From: Bacteroidales bacterium
GTDB lineage: Bacteria; Bacteroidota; Bacteroidia; Bacteroidales; P3
NCBI GenBank assembly: GCA_017962545.1
Contig: JAGCVD010000036.1
Coordinates: forward strand, 33,148-97,147
Length of the DNA: 64,000 bases
Reading direction: 5' to 3'
This document shows, piece by piece, positions 39,971 through 48,786 of the stretch. Below the pieces are notes generated by a model. That model worked only from the letters and a program-made list of their open reading frames with translations. It searched no databases and was not told the origin of the DNA. Both the position numbers and the translations under genes were made by a program. How positions within the stretch are numbered: position 1 is the stretch's first letter; every line of letters begins with the position of its first letter.

Positions 39971-41095
39971 ATGAGAAAGAATATCCTCCTGTTACTCACC
40001 ACAGTAGCGATGTCGGTTTTATTTGCCGGCTGCGCCAACAAAAAAGCCTACACCATCAACGGGCAAATCAGCGCGCCCGAATTCGACGGACTGACTGTCT
40101 ACCTCACAGCCCTCGAAAACGAAGAGTTCATTGACTCGGCCGTGGTCGCCGACGGCCGGTTCACCTTCAAAGGCGAGACCGAAACGCCCCGCATGGCCGT
40201 CCTCACGGCCAGCGACCCCGAGAAGGGCATCGGATGCCAGAGCATCTTCGTGCTCGAACACGGCAAGATAGCCATCGACCTCATCACCGACTCGCTCAGC
40301 GGCACCCCCCTCAACGACCAACTGTACAACACCATCACCGTCAACGACGAGATGGCGCAATACCGCCAAGAGATGGAGGAATACTACCGCCAGTACGTCA
40401 ACGCACAGACCCCCGAGGGCCGCAAAGCCGCCGAGGGCAAATACGACCAGGCCGAAAACAAGGCCAAAGCCCTCACGGTGGAGCTGTCACGCCAGATGTA
40501 CACCAATAACCAGGACAACGTGCTGGGCGCATACGCCTTGCACATGATGGTGGAGAACGACGGCATCACCTTCGACAGCCTCGACGCCCTCCTCGCCAAA
40601 GCAGCCCCGGCCATTGCCGAATACGCTCCCCTGCGCGAGGCCCGCACCCGCCTCTTCCACCTCGACAATACCTCGGTCGGCAAGAAATACTCTGACCTCC
40701 AGGGCATCAACTTCGCCACAGGCAAGAAGACCAACCTCAGCAACATGATCAGCGGCAAGCAGATTACCCTGCTTGACTTCTGGGCCTCGTGGTGCGGCCC
40801 CTGCCGCCGCGAGATCAGCGAGAACCTCGTGCCTCTCTACGCCAAGTATAAAGACAAGGGTCTCAACATCATCGGCATCGACGTGAACGACGACATCAAG
40901 AAGCACAAGGCCGCCGTGGACGACCTGGGCATCACCTACCCCCAGTTCATCGACACCACCAGCAATGCCGTCAGTACCTATGCCGTGCAGGGCATCCCGC
41001 AGATTATGCTCCTCGACAAGGACGGCACCATCCTGGCCCGCGACCTGCGCGGCACAGCCATCGAGGAAGCCATCGTCGAAGCCCTCAAGAAATAA
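39971..41095 (+). CDS. TlpA-like thiol:disulfide oxidoreductase lipoprotein (AhpC/TSA-thioredoxin fold)
   Basis: I trimmed the start to ATG 39971 (MRKNILLLLTTVAMSVLFAGC lipobox); the tracked N-terminal extension is low-complexity intergenic sequence. Active site WASWCGPC. Confidence 0.88.
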   Translation: MRKNILLLLTTVAMSVLFAGCANKKAYTINGQISAPEFDGLTVYLTALENEEFIDSAVVADGRFTFKGETETPRMAVLTASDPEKGIGCQSIFVLEHGKIAIDLITDSLSGTPLNDQLYNTITVNDEMAQYRQEMEEYYRQYVNAQTPEGRKAAEGKYDQAENKAKALTVELSRQMYTNNQDNVLGAYALHMMVENDGITFDSLDALLAKAAPAIAEYAPLREARTRLFHLDNTSVGKKYSDLQGINFATGKKTNLSNMISGKQITLLDFWASWCGPCRREISENLVPLYAKYKDKGLNIIGIDVNDDIKKHKAAVDDLGITYPQFIDTTSNAVSTYAVQGIPQIMLLDKDGTILARDLRGTAIEEAIVEALKK

Positions 41096-41125
41096 CCAAT
41101 ACAACGATTAACAGACACCTCAGAT

Positions 41126-42553
41126 ATGAAAAGAACATTCGCCGCAGCCTTTTTGGCATTCAGCCTCTTCATGCTGCCCTCCGCCACTCAGGCACAGAAA
41201 AAGAACGCCCCCGCCCCCACCGGCGGCATCACCCCCGAGATGATGCAGACCATCAAGCAGTCCTACGGCACGTCGGCCTCCGACAAGGCCCTGCGCAACA
41301 TCATGGTGAACAACAGCCCCGCCAAGATGTCCATGAACTATGAGAACGCCGCCAAACTGAACACCCACTTCTCGCACCGCGTCGAGAGCAGAGCCGTCAC
41401 CGACCAGAAGTCCAGCGGCCGCTGCTGGATGTTCACAGGCATGAACGTGCTCCGCAACAAGGCCATCCGCCAGCACCACCTGCCCGCCGACTTCCAGTTC
41501 TCGCAGGCCTACACCTTCTTCTACGACCAGTTGGAGAAGAGCAACCTCTTCCTTCAGGCCATCATCGACACCTACAAGCTCCCCATGGAGAGCCAAGAGG
41601 TGGAATGGCTGTTCAAGAACCCCCTGAGCGACGGCGGCCAGTTCACCGGCATCGCCAACCTGGTGGAGAAATACGGCCTCGTGCCCGCCGACGTGATGCC
41701 CGAGACCTTCAACACCAACAACACCTCCTCCATCAGCGGTCTCATCAAGCTCAAGCTGCGCGAGGACGGCCTCGAGCTGCGCCAGATGGCCGCCCAGAAG
41801 GGCATGACTCCCGCCAAACTCAACACCCGCAAGACCGAGATGCTCGCCACCATCTACCGCATGCTGGCACTCACCATGGGCGAGCCTCCCGCCGAGTTCA
41901 CCTGGAACCAGACCAACGCCAAGGGCGAGATTGTCTCGACCGACACCTACACCCCCATGTCGTTCTACGAGAAATTCGCCAAGGTCGACTTCTCGAAGTA
42001 CTACATGATTATGAACGACCCCACCAGGGAGTACCACAAGGTGTATGAAATCCAGTACGACCGCCATGTGTACGACGGCCAGAACTGGCGCTACCTCAAC
42101 CTGCCCATGGAGGAAATCGCCCCCATGTGCATCGCCTCCATCAAGGACAGCACCATGATGTACTTCTCGTGCGACGTGGCCAAGTTCCTCGACCGCGACA
42201 AGGGCCTGATGGACATGAACAACTACGACTACGCCTCGCTCATGGGTACCGAATTCGGCATGAACAAAGAGCAGCGCGTGCGCACCTTCGCCAGCGGCAG
42301 CAGCCACGCCATGACCCTCTGCGCCGTCGACCTCGACAAGGACGGCAAACCCCTCAAATGGATGGTGGAGAACAGCTGGGGCAGCAGCTACGGCTGGCAG
42401 GGCTTCCTCATCATGACCAACGACTGGTTCAACGAGTACATGTTCCGCGTGGTGCTGGAAGAGAAATACATCCCCGCCGACATCCGCGCCATGCTCGACC
42501 AGAAACCCGTCATGCTCCCCGCATGGGACCCCATGTTTGCACCCGAAGAATAG
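41126..42553 (+). CDS. pepC: aminopeptidase C-like C1B cysteine peptidase with a signal peptide
   Basis: DQKSSGRCWMFTGMNVLR catalytic-Cys signature, ...SHAMTLCAVD..., WMVENSWG. The N-terminus (FSLFMLPSATQAQ) looks like a signal peptide. Confidence 0.88.
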   Translation: MKRTFAAAFLAFSLFMLPSATQAQKKNAPAPTGGITPEMMQTIKQSYGTSASDKALRNIMVNNSPAKMSMNYENAAKLNTHFSHRVESRAVTDQKSSGRCWMFTGMNVLRNKAIRQHHLPADFQFSQAYTFFYDQLEKSNLFLQAIIDTYKLPMESQEVEWLFKNPLSDGGQFTGIANLVEKYGLVPADVMPETFNTNNTSSISGLIKLKLREDGLELRQMAAQKGMTPAKLNTRKTEMLATIYRMLALTMGEPPAEFTWNQTNAKGEIVSTDTYTPMSFYEKFAKVDFSKYYMIMNDPTREYHKVYEIQYDRHVYDGQNWRYLNLPMEEIAPMCIASIKDSTMMYFSCDVAKFLDRDKGLMDMNNYDYASLMGTEFGMNKEQRVRTFASGSSHAMTLCAVDLDKDGKPLKWMVENSWGSSYGWQGFLIMTNDWFNEYMFRVVLEEKYIPADIRAMLDQKPVMLPAWDPMFAPEE

Positions 42554-42585
42554 AATAAACAACAGAAATCAAAACATTTAACACC

Positions 42586-43287
42586 ATGAAGAAGATAACA
42601 CTCATTGCATTGTTCATCGGCCTCGGTCTCGCCGCCGCGGCACAGGAATTCACCGTCTATGGCGAGGGCATCATGCCCACGGGCCGCTACGGCAAAAGCG
42701 CCATTGCCACCCAAGCAGGCGGCTATCACCCCATCAGCGCCATCACCGACACCAACAATGCCCTTGGCGGCGCCACCTACGGCTGGGGCGCCGGATTCCA
42801 GATGGCATTCCCCATGGCCAACAAATACTGCGACCTCCTTGTCGATGCAGGCTTCCGCATGAACTGGGTGGACTCCAAAATCCAGACCTACTTCAACGAC
42901 TACGCCCGCAACAATCACACAGAAGGCCTCACCAGCGCCCCCCACTACTACAACATCCCCATGATGGTGGGCCCGCGTTTCAACATCGACCCCATCGAGA
43001 ACCTGGGATTCTACCTCAACCTGATGGTGGGTCTTAACATCCGCATCATCTCCGACGCCATTTACGACATCAACTACTTCTACGACTACTACAGCGCCTG
43101 CACCCTCGGCCTGCGCGCCGCAGCGGGTATCGTCCTCTTCGAGCACCTGCGCCTCGAGGCCAACTGGAGCTGGCTGGGCAACGACCCCGTGGAGGCCAGC
43201 GTGTACGACGGCACCTTCCACGCCCGCGGCATCCTCGGCAACATGGAGACCATGCACTTCGGCGTCCGTCTCGGCTGGACCTTCTAA
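42586..43287 (+). CDS. small outer-membrane beta-barrel protein
   Basis: Signal peptide, alternating hydrophobic pattern, aromatic-rich, C-terminal ...RLGWTF (terminal Phe). Confidence 0.65.
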   Translation: MKKITLIALFIGLGLAAAAQEFTVYGEGIMPTGRYGKSAIATQAGGYHPISAITDTNNALGGATYGWGAGFQMAFPMANKYCDLLVDAGFRMNWVDSKIQTYFNDYARNNHTEGLTSAPHYYNIPMMVGPRFNIDPIENLGFYLNLMVGLNIRIISDAIYDINYFYDYYSACTLGLRAAAGIVLFEHLRLEANWSWLGNDPVEASVYDGTFHARGILGNMETMHFGVRLGWTF

Positions 43288-43338
43288 CCCCGAACGTGGA
43301 GAATAAAAGTTAGACAATAATACAAACACAACTATCCA

Positions 43339-44565
43339 ATGAAAAAGATTTTCGCCATCCTCGGCGCATTTGCCATCTGCGCCACCGCTATGGCCCAGGA
43401 GCCTAAGCAAGAAGAACAGAAAGAAGACGAGGGCTACAAGTTCACCGTCGTGAAGGAACTGCCCGTGACCTCCGTCAAGAACCAGCACCGCGCCGGCACC
43501 TGCTGGTGCTACAGCGGCCTGGCCTACATCGAGGCCGAACTGCTCCGCATGAACAAGGGCGAGTACGACTTCAGCGAGATGTACATCGTCGAGAACACCT
43601 ACAACGACCGCGCCATGGCCGCCATCCGCACCAGCGGCGACGTGAGCTTCAGCCAGGGCGGCTCGTTCTACGATGTGATCTACGGCATGAAGACCTTCGG
43701 CCTCGTGCCCGAAGAGGAGATGCGCCCCGGCGTCATGTACGGCGACACCCTCTCCGACCACAGCGAGCTCAGCGCCGTGACCAACGCCATGGTCAAGGCC
43801 ATCGCCAAAGGAGAACTGAAGAAACTCCAGACCAGCCCCGACGGCCAGCTGCTTTGCATGAAGGCCATCCGCGCCGCCCACGCCATCTACCTCGGCGAGA
43901 TGCCCGAGAAGTTCAACTACAAAGGCCGCGAGTTCACCCCGAAGAGCTTCTATGAGAGCCTCGGCCTCAACCCCGACGACTATGTGAGCATCACCTCCTA
44001 CACCCACCATCCCTTCTACGAGAAGTTCGTCCTCGAAATCCAGGACAACTGGCGCTGGGCCCAGGTCTACAACCTGCCCCTCGACGAGATGATGCAGGTG
44101 ATGGACAACGCCATCGCCAACGGCTATCCCATCGCCTGGGGCAGCGACGTCAGCGAGCAGGGATTCCGCATGGGCACCCGCAAGGGTTTCTGCGTGCTCC
44201 CCGCCACCGAGGTGAGCGCCTCCATGGGTAGCGACATGGCCCACTGGACCGGCATGAAAGCCAAGGACATCCAGGACGAGGCCGGCAAGCACCCCACCCC
44301 CCAGCGCTGGGTCACCCAGGAAGAACGCCAGATGGCCTACGACAACCGCGAGACCACCGACGACCACGGCATGCTGATCTACGGCACCGCCAAGGACCAG
44401 ATGGGCAACGAGTATTTCATGGTGAAGAACAGCTGGGGCGACTATGGCGAGTATCACGGCATGTTCTATGCCTCCAAAGCCTTCGTCCGCTACAAGACCA
44501 TGAACTTCATCGTCCACAAGGACGCCCTCCCCAAGGACATCAAGAAGAAACTTGGTATCAAGTAA
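43339..44565 (+). CDS. C1-family (PepC-like) cysteine peptidase with a signal peptide
   Basis: NQHRAGTCWCYSGLAYIE catalytic Cys, ...DHGMLIYG..., FMVKNSWG. Signal peptide AICATAMAQE. Confidence 0.85.
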   Translation: MKKIFAILGAFAICATAMAQEPKQEEQKEDEGYKFTVVKELPVTSVKNQHRAGTCWCYSGLAYIEAELLRMNKGEYDFSEMYIVENTYNDRAMAAIRTSGDVSFSQGGSFYDVIYGMKTFGLVPEEEMRPGVMYGDTLSDHSELSAVTNAMVKAIAKGELKKLQTSPDGQLLCMKAIRAAHAIYLGEMPEKFNYKGREFTPKSFYESLGLNPDDYVSITSYTHHPFYEKFVLEIQDNWRWAQVYNLPLDEMMQVMDNAIANGYPIAWGSDVSEQGFRMGTRKGFCVLPATEVSASMGSDMAHWTGMKAKDIQDEAGKHPTPQRWVTQEERQMAYDNRETTDDHGMLIYGTAKDQMGNEYFMVKNSWGDYGEYHGMFYASKAFVRYKTMNFIVHKDALPKDIKKKLGIK

Positions 44566-44569
44566 TTGT

Positions 44570-44625
44570 TTGAATGTGTGAATGTGTGAGTGGCTACCGC
44601 CTCACTTGCACATTTACACACTTAC
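44570..44625 (+). repeat. GT-arm/AC-arm hairpin repeat, copy Y (possible terminator of the peptidase gene)
   Basis: gtgaatgtgtgagtg (44578-44592) pairs with cacttgcacatttac (44603-44617). All three non-Watson-Crick positions are G-U on the plus-strand RNA. There is no T run. Confidence 0.7.
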
Positions 44626-44627
44626 AC

Positions 44628-44667
44628 ATTAACACATTAACCCATTAACACATTAACCCATTACACC
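44628..44667 (+). repeat. 16-bp tandem repeat (attaacacattaaccc x2.5) abutting the start codon
   Basis: 44628-44643 equals 44644-44659 exactly. The partial third copy ends at the ATG at 44668. Confidence 0.9.
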
Positions 44668-45171
44668 ATGAAAAGAAACATTCTTATTGTTGCCGCTTTT
44701 ATCGGTAGTCTTTTCCTCGCCTCGTGCGGTGAGAACAAAGACGCAAAATTCATGAAACAGGCCGACGACATGTTCGCCCAGGCAGAACAAGACCTCCAAG
44801 GCATTGACAACATCGACGACTTCTTCACCTTCTACGGTGAACTCCAGGAGAAGAAGGACGGCATACTCATGGAAATGATGGAAGCCTATGTCCAAACCGA
44901 CTCTACAGTCGAGGCTGTCCCCGAAGATGTCCGCCTCCACATCTACAACCGCGCCACCGAGTACAACAAGGTGGAGGCCGTCAAGTACGCCGAGCTGTTC
45001 GACCCATTCCTCGCCAACCTGGAGAACGCCCTCGAGGCCAACGACAAGGAAGCCGCCAAGAACGCTCTGGACGCCATGATGCCATACGCCATGTACGACA
45101 ATGTCGTCCCTGAACTTCAGGAACGTGCACAAGTCGCTGTCGTCAAAGCGGAAGCAATGGGTCTGCTTTAA
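44668..45171 (+). CDS. hypothetical helical lipoprotein
   Basis: Lipobox FLASCGEN. 167 aa, Glu/Ala/Lys-rich. A strong terminator follows. Confidence 0.6.
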   Translation: MKRNILIVAAFIGSLFLASCGENKDAKFMKQADDMFAQAEQDLQGIDNIDDFFTFYGELQEKKDGILMEMMEAYVQTDSTVEAVPEDVRLHIYNRATEYNKVEAVKYAELFDPFLANLENALEANDKEAAKNALDAMMPYAMYDNVVPELQERAQVAVVKAEAMGLL

Positions 45172-45194
45172 GAAGCGGCAATACCACACTCTAC

Positions 45195-45226
45195 AATCCC
45201 CCGTCGGCAATGACGGGGGATTTTTT
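45195..45226 (+). terminator. rho-independent terminator
   Basis: aatcccccgtc-ggcaat-gacgggggatt followed by tttt. Confidence 0.85.
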
Positions 45227-45312
45227 CATGCCCACGGGCAATAAATGAGCAACGGCCGCGTTTGTCTCCCCGTATATGAGACAACGAGTCTCCCTGCACA
45301 ATATAATCATTA

Positions 45313-45846
45313 ATGAGACGTTATGACAACATGAAAAACAGAATCAAAACCACATTGGCTCTCGCAATGGCGGGACTGCTCTTTGCGGGATGCCGCACAC
45401 AGGACACGGAACCCCGCGTGGAAGGGAACTACGTCTACGAGCACGCCTTCAACTATGATATGGAGGGCAACCATTGCGATGTGCACGAGACCGGCACCAT
45501 GGACTTCTATGCCGACAGCAGTGCCCTCGATTCTGCCCGGCAGGTCTACACCGTCACCTTCGCCGATGGCGACACCGCCACCATCGTCTTCAACTACATC
45601 AGCCCCAGCCGCTGGCACCTCGACGGCAAGGACTTCCACTTTGCCGGCATCAACGACCGCTTCCGCATGGAGGTGGTTCAAGGCGAGAAGGGGCTCGACT
45701 TCGCACAGAAGATTATCGACACCTACAGCGGGAGCATCGACCACGAAACCACCTTCCATCTCGACACCCTGACCGCCGACCGCCTGCAATGGAGCCTCAC
45801 CTACCGTGACGGACACAGCGACACCTGGGAGTTCTTTAGACAATGA
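45313..45846 (+). CDS. hypothetical lipoprotein (the start may be Met-7 at 45331)
   Basis: MKNRIKTTLALAMAGLLFAGC lipobox. I recognise no family. Confidence 0.55.
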   Translation: MRRYDNMKNRIKTTLALAMAGLLFAGCRTQDTEPRVEGNYVYEHAFNYDMEGNHCDVHETGTMDFYADSSALDSARQVYTVTFADGDTATIVFNYISPSRWHLDGKDFHFAGINDRFRMEVVQGEKGLDFAQKIIDTYSGSIDHETTFHLDTLTADRLQWSLTYRDGHSDTWEFFRQ

Positions 45847-46322
45847 GACGGCTAAAAGAAATAATAGGCTATCTGCTTGGCGGGATATTATTTGTGGGGC
45901 TGATGCCCACGGTGATGTGGCTGGCATCGGGCCTGCCGCCGATAGTGCATATCGGCGCTTTGAGAGCCTCCATCACAGGACTGCTGGTAATCGGGGGGCT
46001 GACATTGAGTGTCTGGACCATTGTATACATGAAGCGGCACGGCAAGGGCAATCCGATGGATGCCTTTGGCCACGAAGTGGCACCACGTACACAGAACCTG
46101 ATGACCGACGGCCCCTACCGTCTGAACCGCAACCCCATGCTCAGCGGCACGCTGCTCTACCTCGCAGGCATCTGTGTATGGCTGTGGACCTGGCAGGCGG
46201 CACTCGTCTGGGTGGCCTTCCTTGCCATCATGATGGTACAGGTTGTCAGCGAGGAGCGCCGCCTCCTTCGCGACTTTGGCGAGGAATACAAAACCTACTG
46301 CCACCGCACCCGCCGCTTCTGA
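45843..46322 (+). CDS. isoprenylcysteine carboxyl / phospholipid methyltransferase-family membrane protein
   Basis: TM-rich. L(M)TDGPYRLNRNPMLSGTLLYLAG...EERRLLRDFGEEYKTYCHRTRRF matches the ICMT/PEMT family tail. An ATGA overlap links it to the upstream gene. Confidence 0.75.
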   Translation: MRRLKEIIGYLLGGILFVGLMPTVMWLASGLPPIVHIGALRASITGLLVIGGLTLSVWTIVYMKRHGKGNPMDAFGHEVAPRTQNLMTDGPYRLNRNPMLSGTLLYLAGICVWLWTWQAALVWVAFLAIMMVQVVSEERRLLRDFGEEYKTYCHRTRRF

Positions 46323-46342
46323 CACCCCTGTCCACTGCCCGC

Positions 46343-46561
46343 ATGGAAAAAGCATATTCCCACTCAGAACGCATGACTGAAACGGAGCTCTACAAGGAAC
46401 TCGGGACGTTGACAAAAAGCAAGATGTTCCGTGTTCTCGGCAAACGGAGGCCGGAATTCGTCAAGCCTTACCTGCAACAGCTAAACACTATCGCCGAGAC
46501 CGACAGCAACCGCGTGGTCAGAATCCACTGTCAAGGAGCAATCAAAGCCACACTACAATAA
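46343..46561 (+). CDS. small hypothetical protein (72 aa)
   Basis: This is the in-frame ATG within tracked ORF 45806..46561; the upstream part overlaps the methyltransferase gene in another frame. I recognise no homology. Confidence 0.3.
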   Translation: MEKAYSHSERMTETELYKELGTLTKSKMFRVLGKRRPEFVKPYLQQLNTIAETDSNRVVRIHCQGAIKATLQ

Positions 46562-46602
46562 AAAACGACAATAGACGTTTCTAGAGAAAGACCATCCCTC
46601 AC

Positions 46603-47757
46603 ATGAAGAATATTATTATTGTCACGCTCCTCGCCACGCTATTTGCCTGCTGCGGGAAAAACGACGGCAAGGCCCCCGACACTTCCGAGCCTCCCACCGC
46701 TGAACCCATTGAGTATTACGAGCAATGCATCTTCCGCCCAGGCGACTATGGCAGCACCAACTGGCGCATCCCCGCCATCCTGTGTCTCAAGGACGGCTCG
46801 CTGCTCATCGCCTGCGACAAACGCAAATACAACGAGAGCGACCTGCCCGAGGATATCGATATCGTCGTGCGCCGCAGCACCGACCGCGGGCGCACCTGGA
46901 CCGAGCCGCTCACCATTGCCGAGGGACAGGGCCACAAGAAGGGTTTTGGCGATGCCGCCCTGGTGGAATGCGCCAACGGCGACGTGGTGTGCGTCTTTGT
47001 GGGTGGCAACGGGTTGTTCGCCTCGTCCGAGGCCGACCCCATACGCAGTTACGTGTGCCGCAGCACCGACGGTGGCCAGACATGGTCCACACCCGAGGAC
47101 ATCACAGCCCAACTCTGGGGCAGCCAGGCCGTGAACGCCACCTGCCGCAACTACAGGGCCTCTTTCTTCGGGTCGGGCAACGGACTCCGCCTCACCGGTG
47201 GAGACCACGCCGGACGTATCATGTTCGCCGCCGCCATGTGCCGCAAGCCCTCGTCCAACTATACGTTGGACAACTTCGTGGTCTACAGCGACGACAACGG
47301 ACACTCCTGGCAGGTCTCGGACTGCGCCTACACAGGCGGCGACGAGGCCAAACTCATGGAACTGACTGATGGCCGCGTGCTTATCAGCGTGCGCCAGAAC
47401 GGGGCACGGGGATTCAACCACTCCTCCGACGGCGGCAAGACCTGGGGCACCCAGGGTCGCTGGGACTGCATGACCACCAACGCCTGCAACGGCGACATGC
47501 TGCGTGTGGGCGATGTTCTGCTGCACAGCATTCCCAACTCCATGCAGCGCGAGAACGTCAGCATCTTCGTGAGTCGCGACGAAGGCGAGACATGGCAGGA
47601 TCCCGTCCTGCTCTTCGAGGGTCCGTCTGTGTACTCCTCCCTCACCCTGCTCAAGGACGGGAGCGTGGGAGTCTTTATTGAAGAAAACCCCAACGGGGCC
47701 TGCGAACTCTGGTTCCAAAACTGGCCCTTGGAGCAATTGGGAATTGAGAATAGATAA
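46603..47757 (+). CDS. exo-alpha-sialidase (GH33) lipoprotein
   Basis: Lipobox LFACCG, RIP motif (NWRIPAI), and five Asp boxes (STDRGRTW, STDGGQTW, SDDNGHSW, SSDGGKTW, SRDEGETW). Confidence 0.92.
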   Translation: MKNIIIVTLLATLFACCGKNDGKAPDTSEPPTAEPIEYYEQCIFRPGDYGSTNWRIPAILCLKDGSLLIACDKRKYNESDLPEDIDIVVRRSTDRGRTWTEPLTIAEGQGHKKGFGDAALVECANGDVVCVFVGGNGLFASSEADPIRSYVCRSTDGGQTWSTPEDITAQLWGSQAVNATCRNYRASFFGSGNGLRLTGGDHAGRIMFAAAMCRKPSSNYTLDNFVVYSDDNGHSWQVSDCAYTGGDEAKLMELTDGRVLISVRQNGARGFNHSSDGGKTWGTQGRWDCMTTNACNGDMLRVGDVLLHSIPNSMQRENVSIFVSRDEGETWQDPVLLFEGPSVYSSLTLLKDGSVGVFIEENPNGACELWFQNWPLEQLGIENR

Positions 47758-47769
47758 TAGAGAAGTGAA
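47735..47769 (+). repeat. heptamer-periodic stretch (aattggg aattgag aatagat aatagag aagtgaa) spanning the sialidase stop and the pdxK start
   Basis: Read directly; period 7, 5 units. Confidence 0.7.
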
Positions 47770-48751
47770 ACAGATACTGCTTATCAACGACGTTGTGGGC
47801 CACAGCCATGTGGGCATGGTGGCCATGCTGCCCATCCTCACCTATCAAGGGCACTCCGTTTATAACCTGCCCACAGCACTCGTCTCCAACACTCTCGACT
47901 ACGGCAACTTCAACGTCATGGAGACAACAGAATACATGCGCGGCACACTGCCCGTGTGGCAGAAACTGGGATTCCGTTTCGACGCCGTCTGCACCGGGCT
48001 CATGTTCAGCGAGGAACAGGCCCGCCTTGTGGCGGACTACTGCACCCGCCTGCACGGCGAGGGGACGACGGTGTTTGTCGACCCCATCATGGGCGACGGA
48101 GGCCGCCTCTACAACGGCATCACCCAACGGCAGGTGGAGCTCATGCGCGAGATGGTGGGCGTGGCCGACCTCACCTTCCCCAACTACACCGAGGCTTGTT
48201 ATCTTGCCGGCATCCCCTTCAAACCCGAAGGCATGACATGGCCTGAGGCATGCGGACTGCTCGACAGTATCGTCGGCCTCGGCGCCCGCTCGGTGGTGGT
48301 CACCAGTGCCCGCGTCGACGGAAAGACCTGCGTGATAGGGGTTATGACACACTCCTCAGTCAGCAAAGCTGACAGCTGGCTCCACAAGGTCGCCGACCAC
48401 AGTTCCCCTAACTTAGGGGAGCAGCCGAAGATACAACCGGCTTCCGCCCACTCCTCCCCTAAGTTAGGAAGAGAAATGCCAGTGGCATTTCGGGCAGAGC
48501 ATTGTGCGCAACAACGGGCCGGAGGAGTGTGTAACTATTTCCTCCTCCCCTACCACGAACTCCCCCTCGCCTTCCATGGCACGGGCGACATCTTCTCGGC
48601 CGTTCTCATCGGCCACCTGATGAACGGTGAATCCCTCAAGGCGAGCACCCAGACGGCCATGACCGTCGTCAGCCGTCTCATCGACCGCAACCGCGACCAG
48701 CAAGACAAATGCCTCGGCATACCGATAGAACAATGTCTGGACCTACTATAG
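47765..48751 (+). CDS. pdxK: pyridoxal/pyridoxamine kinase carrying a 62-codon in-frame repeat-element insertion
   Basis: I propose a GTG start at 47765 (VKQILLINDVVGHSHVG...), because the tracked ATG at 47678 overlaps the sialidase gene. PfkB-type motifs are present (FDAVCTGLM, VFVDPIMGD, HGTGDIFSAV). nt 48347-48532 are a foreign repeat element. Confidence 0.8.
   Translation: MKQILLINDVVGHSHVGMVAMLPILTYQGHSVYNLPTALVSNTLDYGNFNVMETTEYMRGTLPVWQKLGFRFDAVCTGLMFSEEQARLVADYCTRLHGEGTTVFVDPIMGDGGRLYNGITQRQVELMREMVGVADLTFPNYTEACYLAGIPFKPEGMTWPEACGLLDSIVGLGARSVVVTSARVDGKTCVIGVMTHSSVSKADSWLHKVADHSSPNLGEQPKIQPASAHSSPKLGREMPVAFRAEHCAQQRAGGVCNYFLLPYHELPLAFHGTGDIFSAVLIGHLMNGESLKASTQTAMTVVSRLIDRNRDQQDKCLGIPIEQCLDLL
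48347..48532 (+). mobile_element. MITE-like palindromic element, copy A (186 bp, no transposase)
   Basis: 11-bp terminal inverted repeats, ACACACTCCTC ... GAGGAGTGTGT. The first ~122 nt match the reverse complement of 59268-59389. It contains CCCCTAACTTAGGGG and CCCCTAAGTTAGG. Confidence 0.75.
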
Positions 48752-48752
48752 C

Positions 48753-48785
48753 AGAAGAGGGTGCCTTCATCGGGCGCCCTCTTCT
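48753..48785. terminator. hairpin between convergent pdxK and DUF2461 genes
   Basis: agaagagggtgcc-ttcatcg-ggcgccctcttct (one wobble). Confidence 0.6.
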
Positions 48786-48786
48786 A

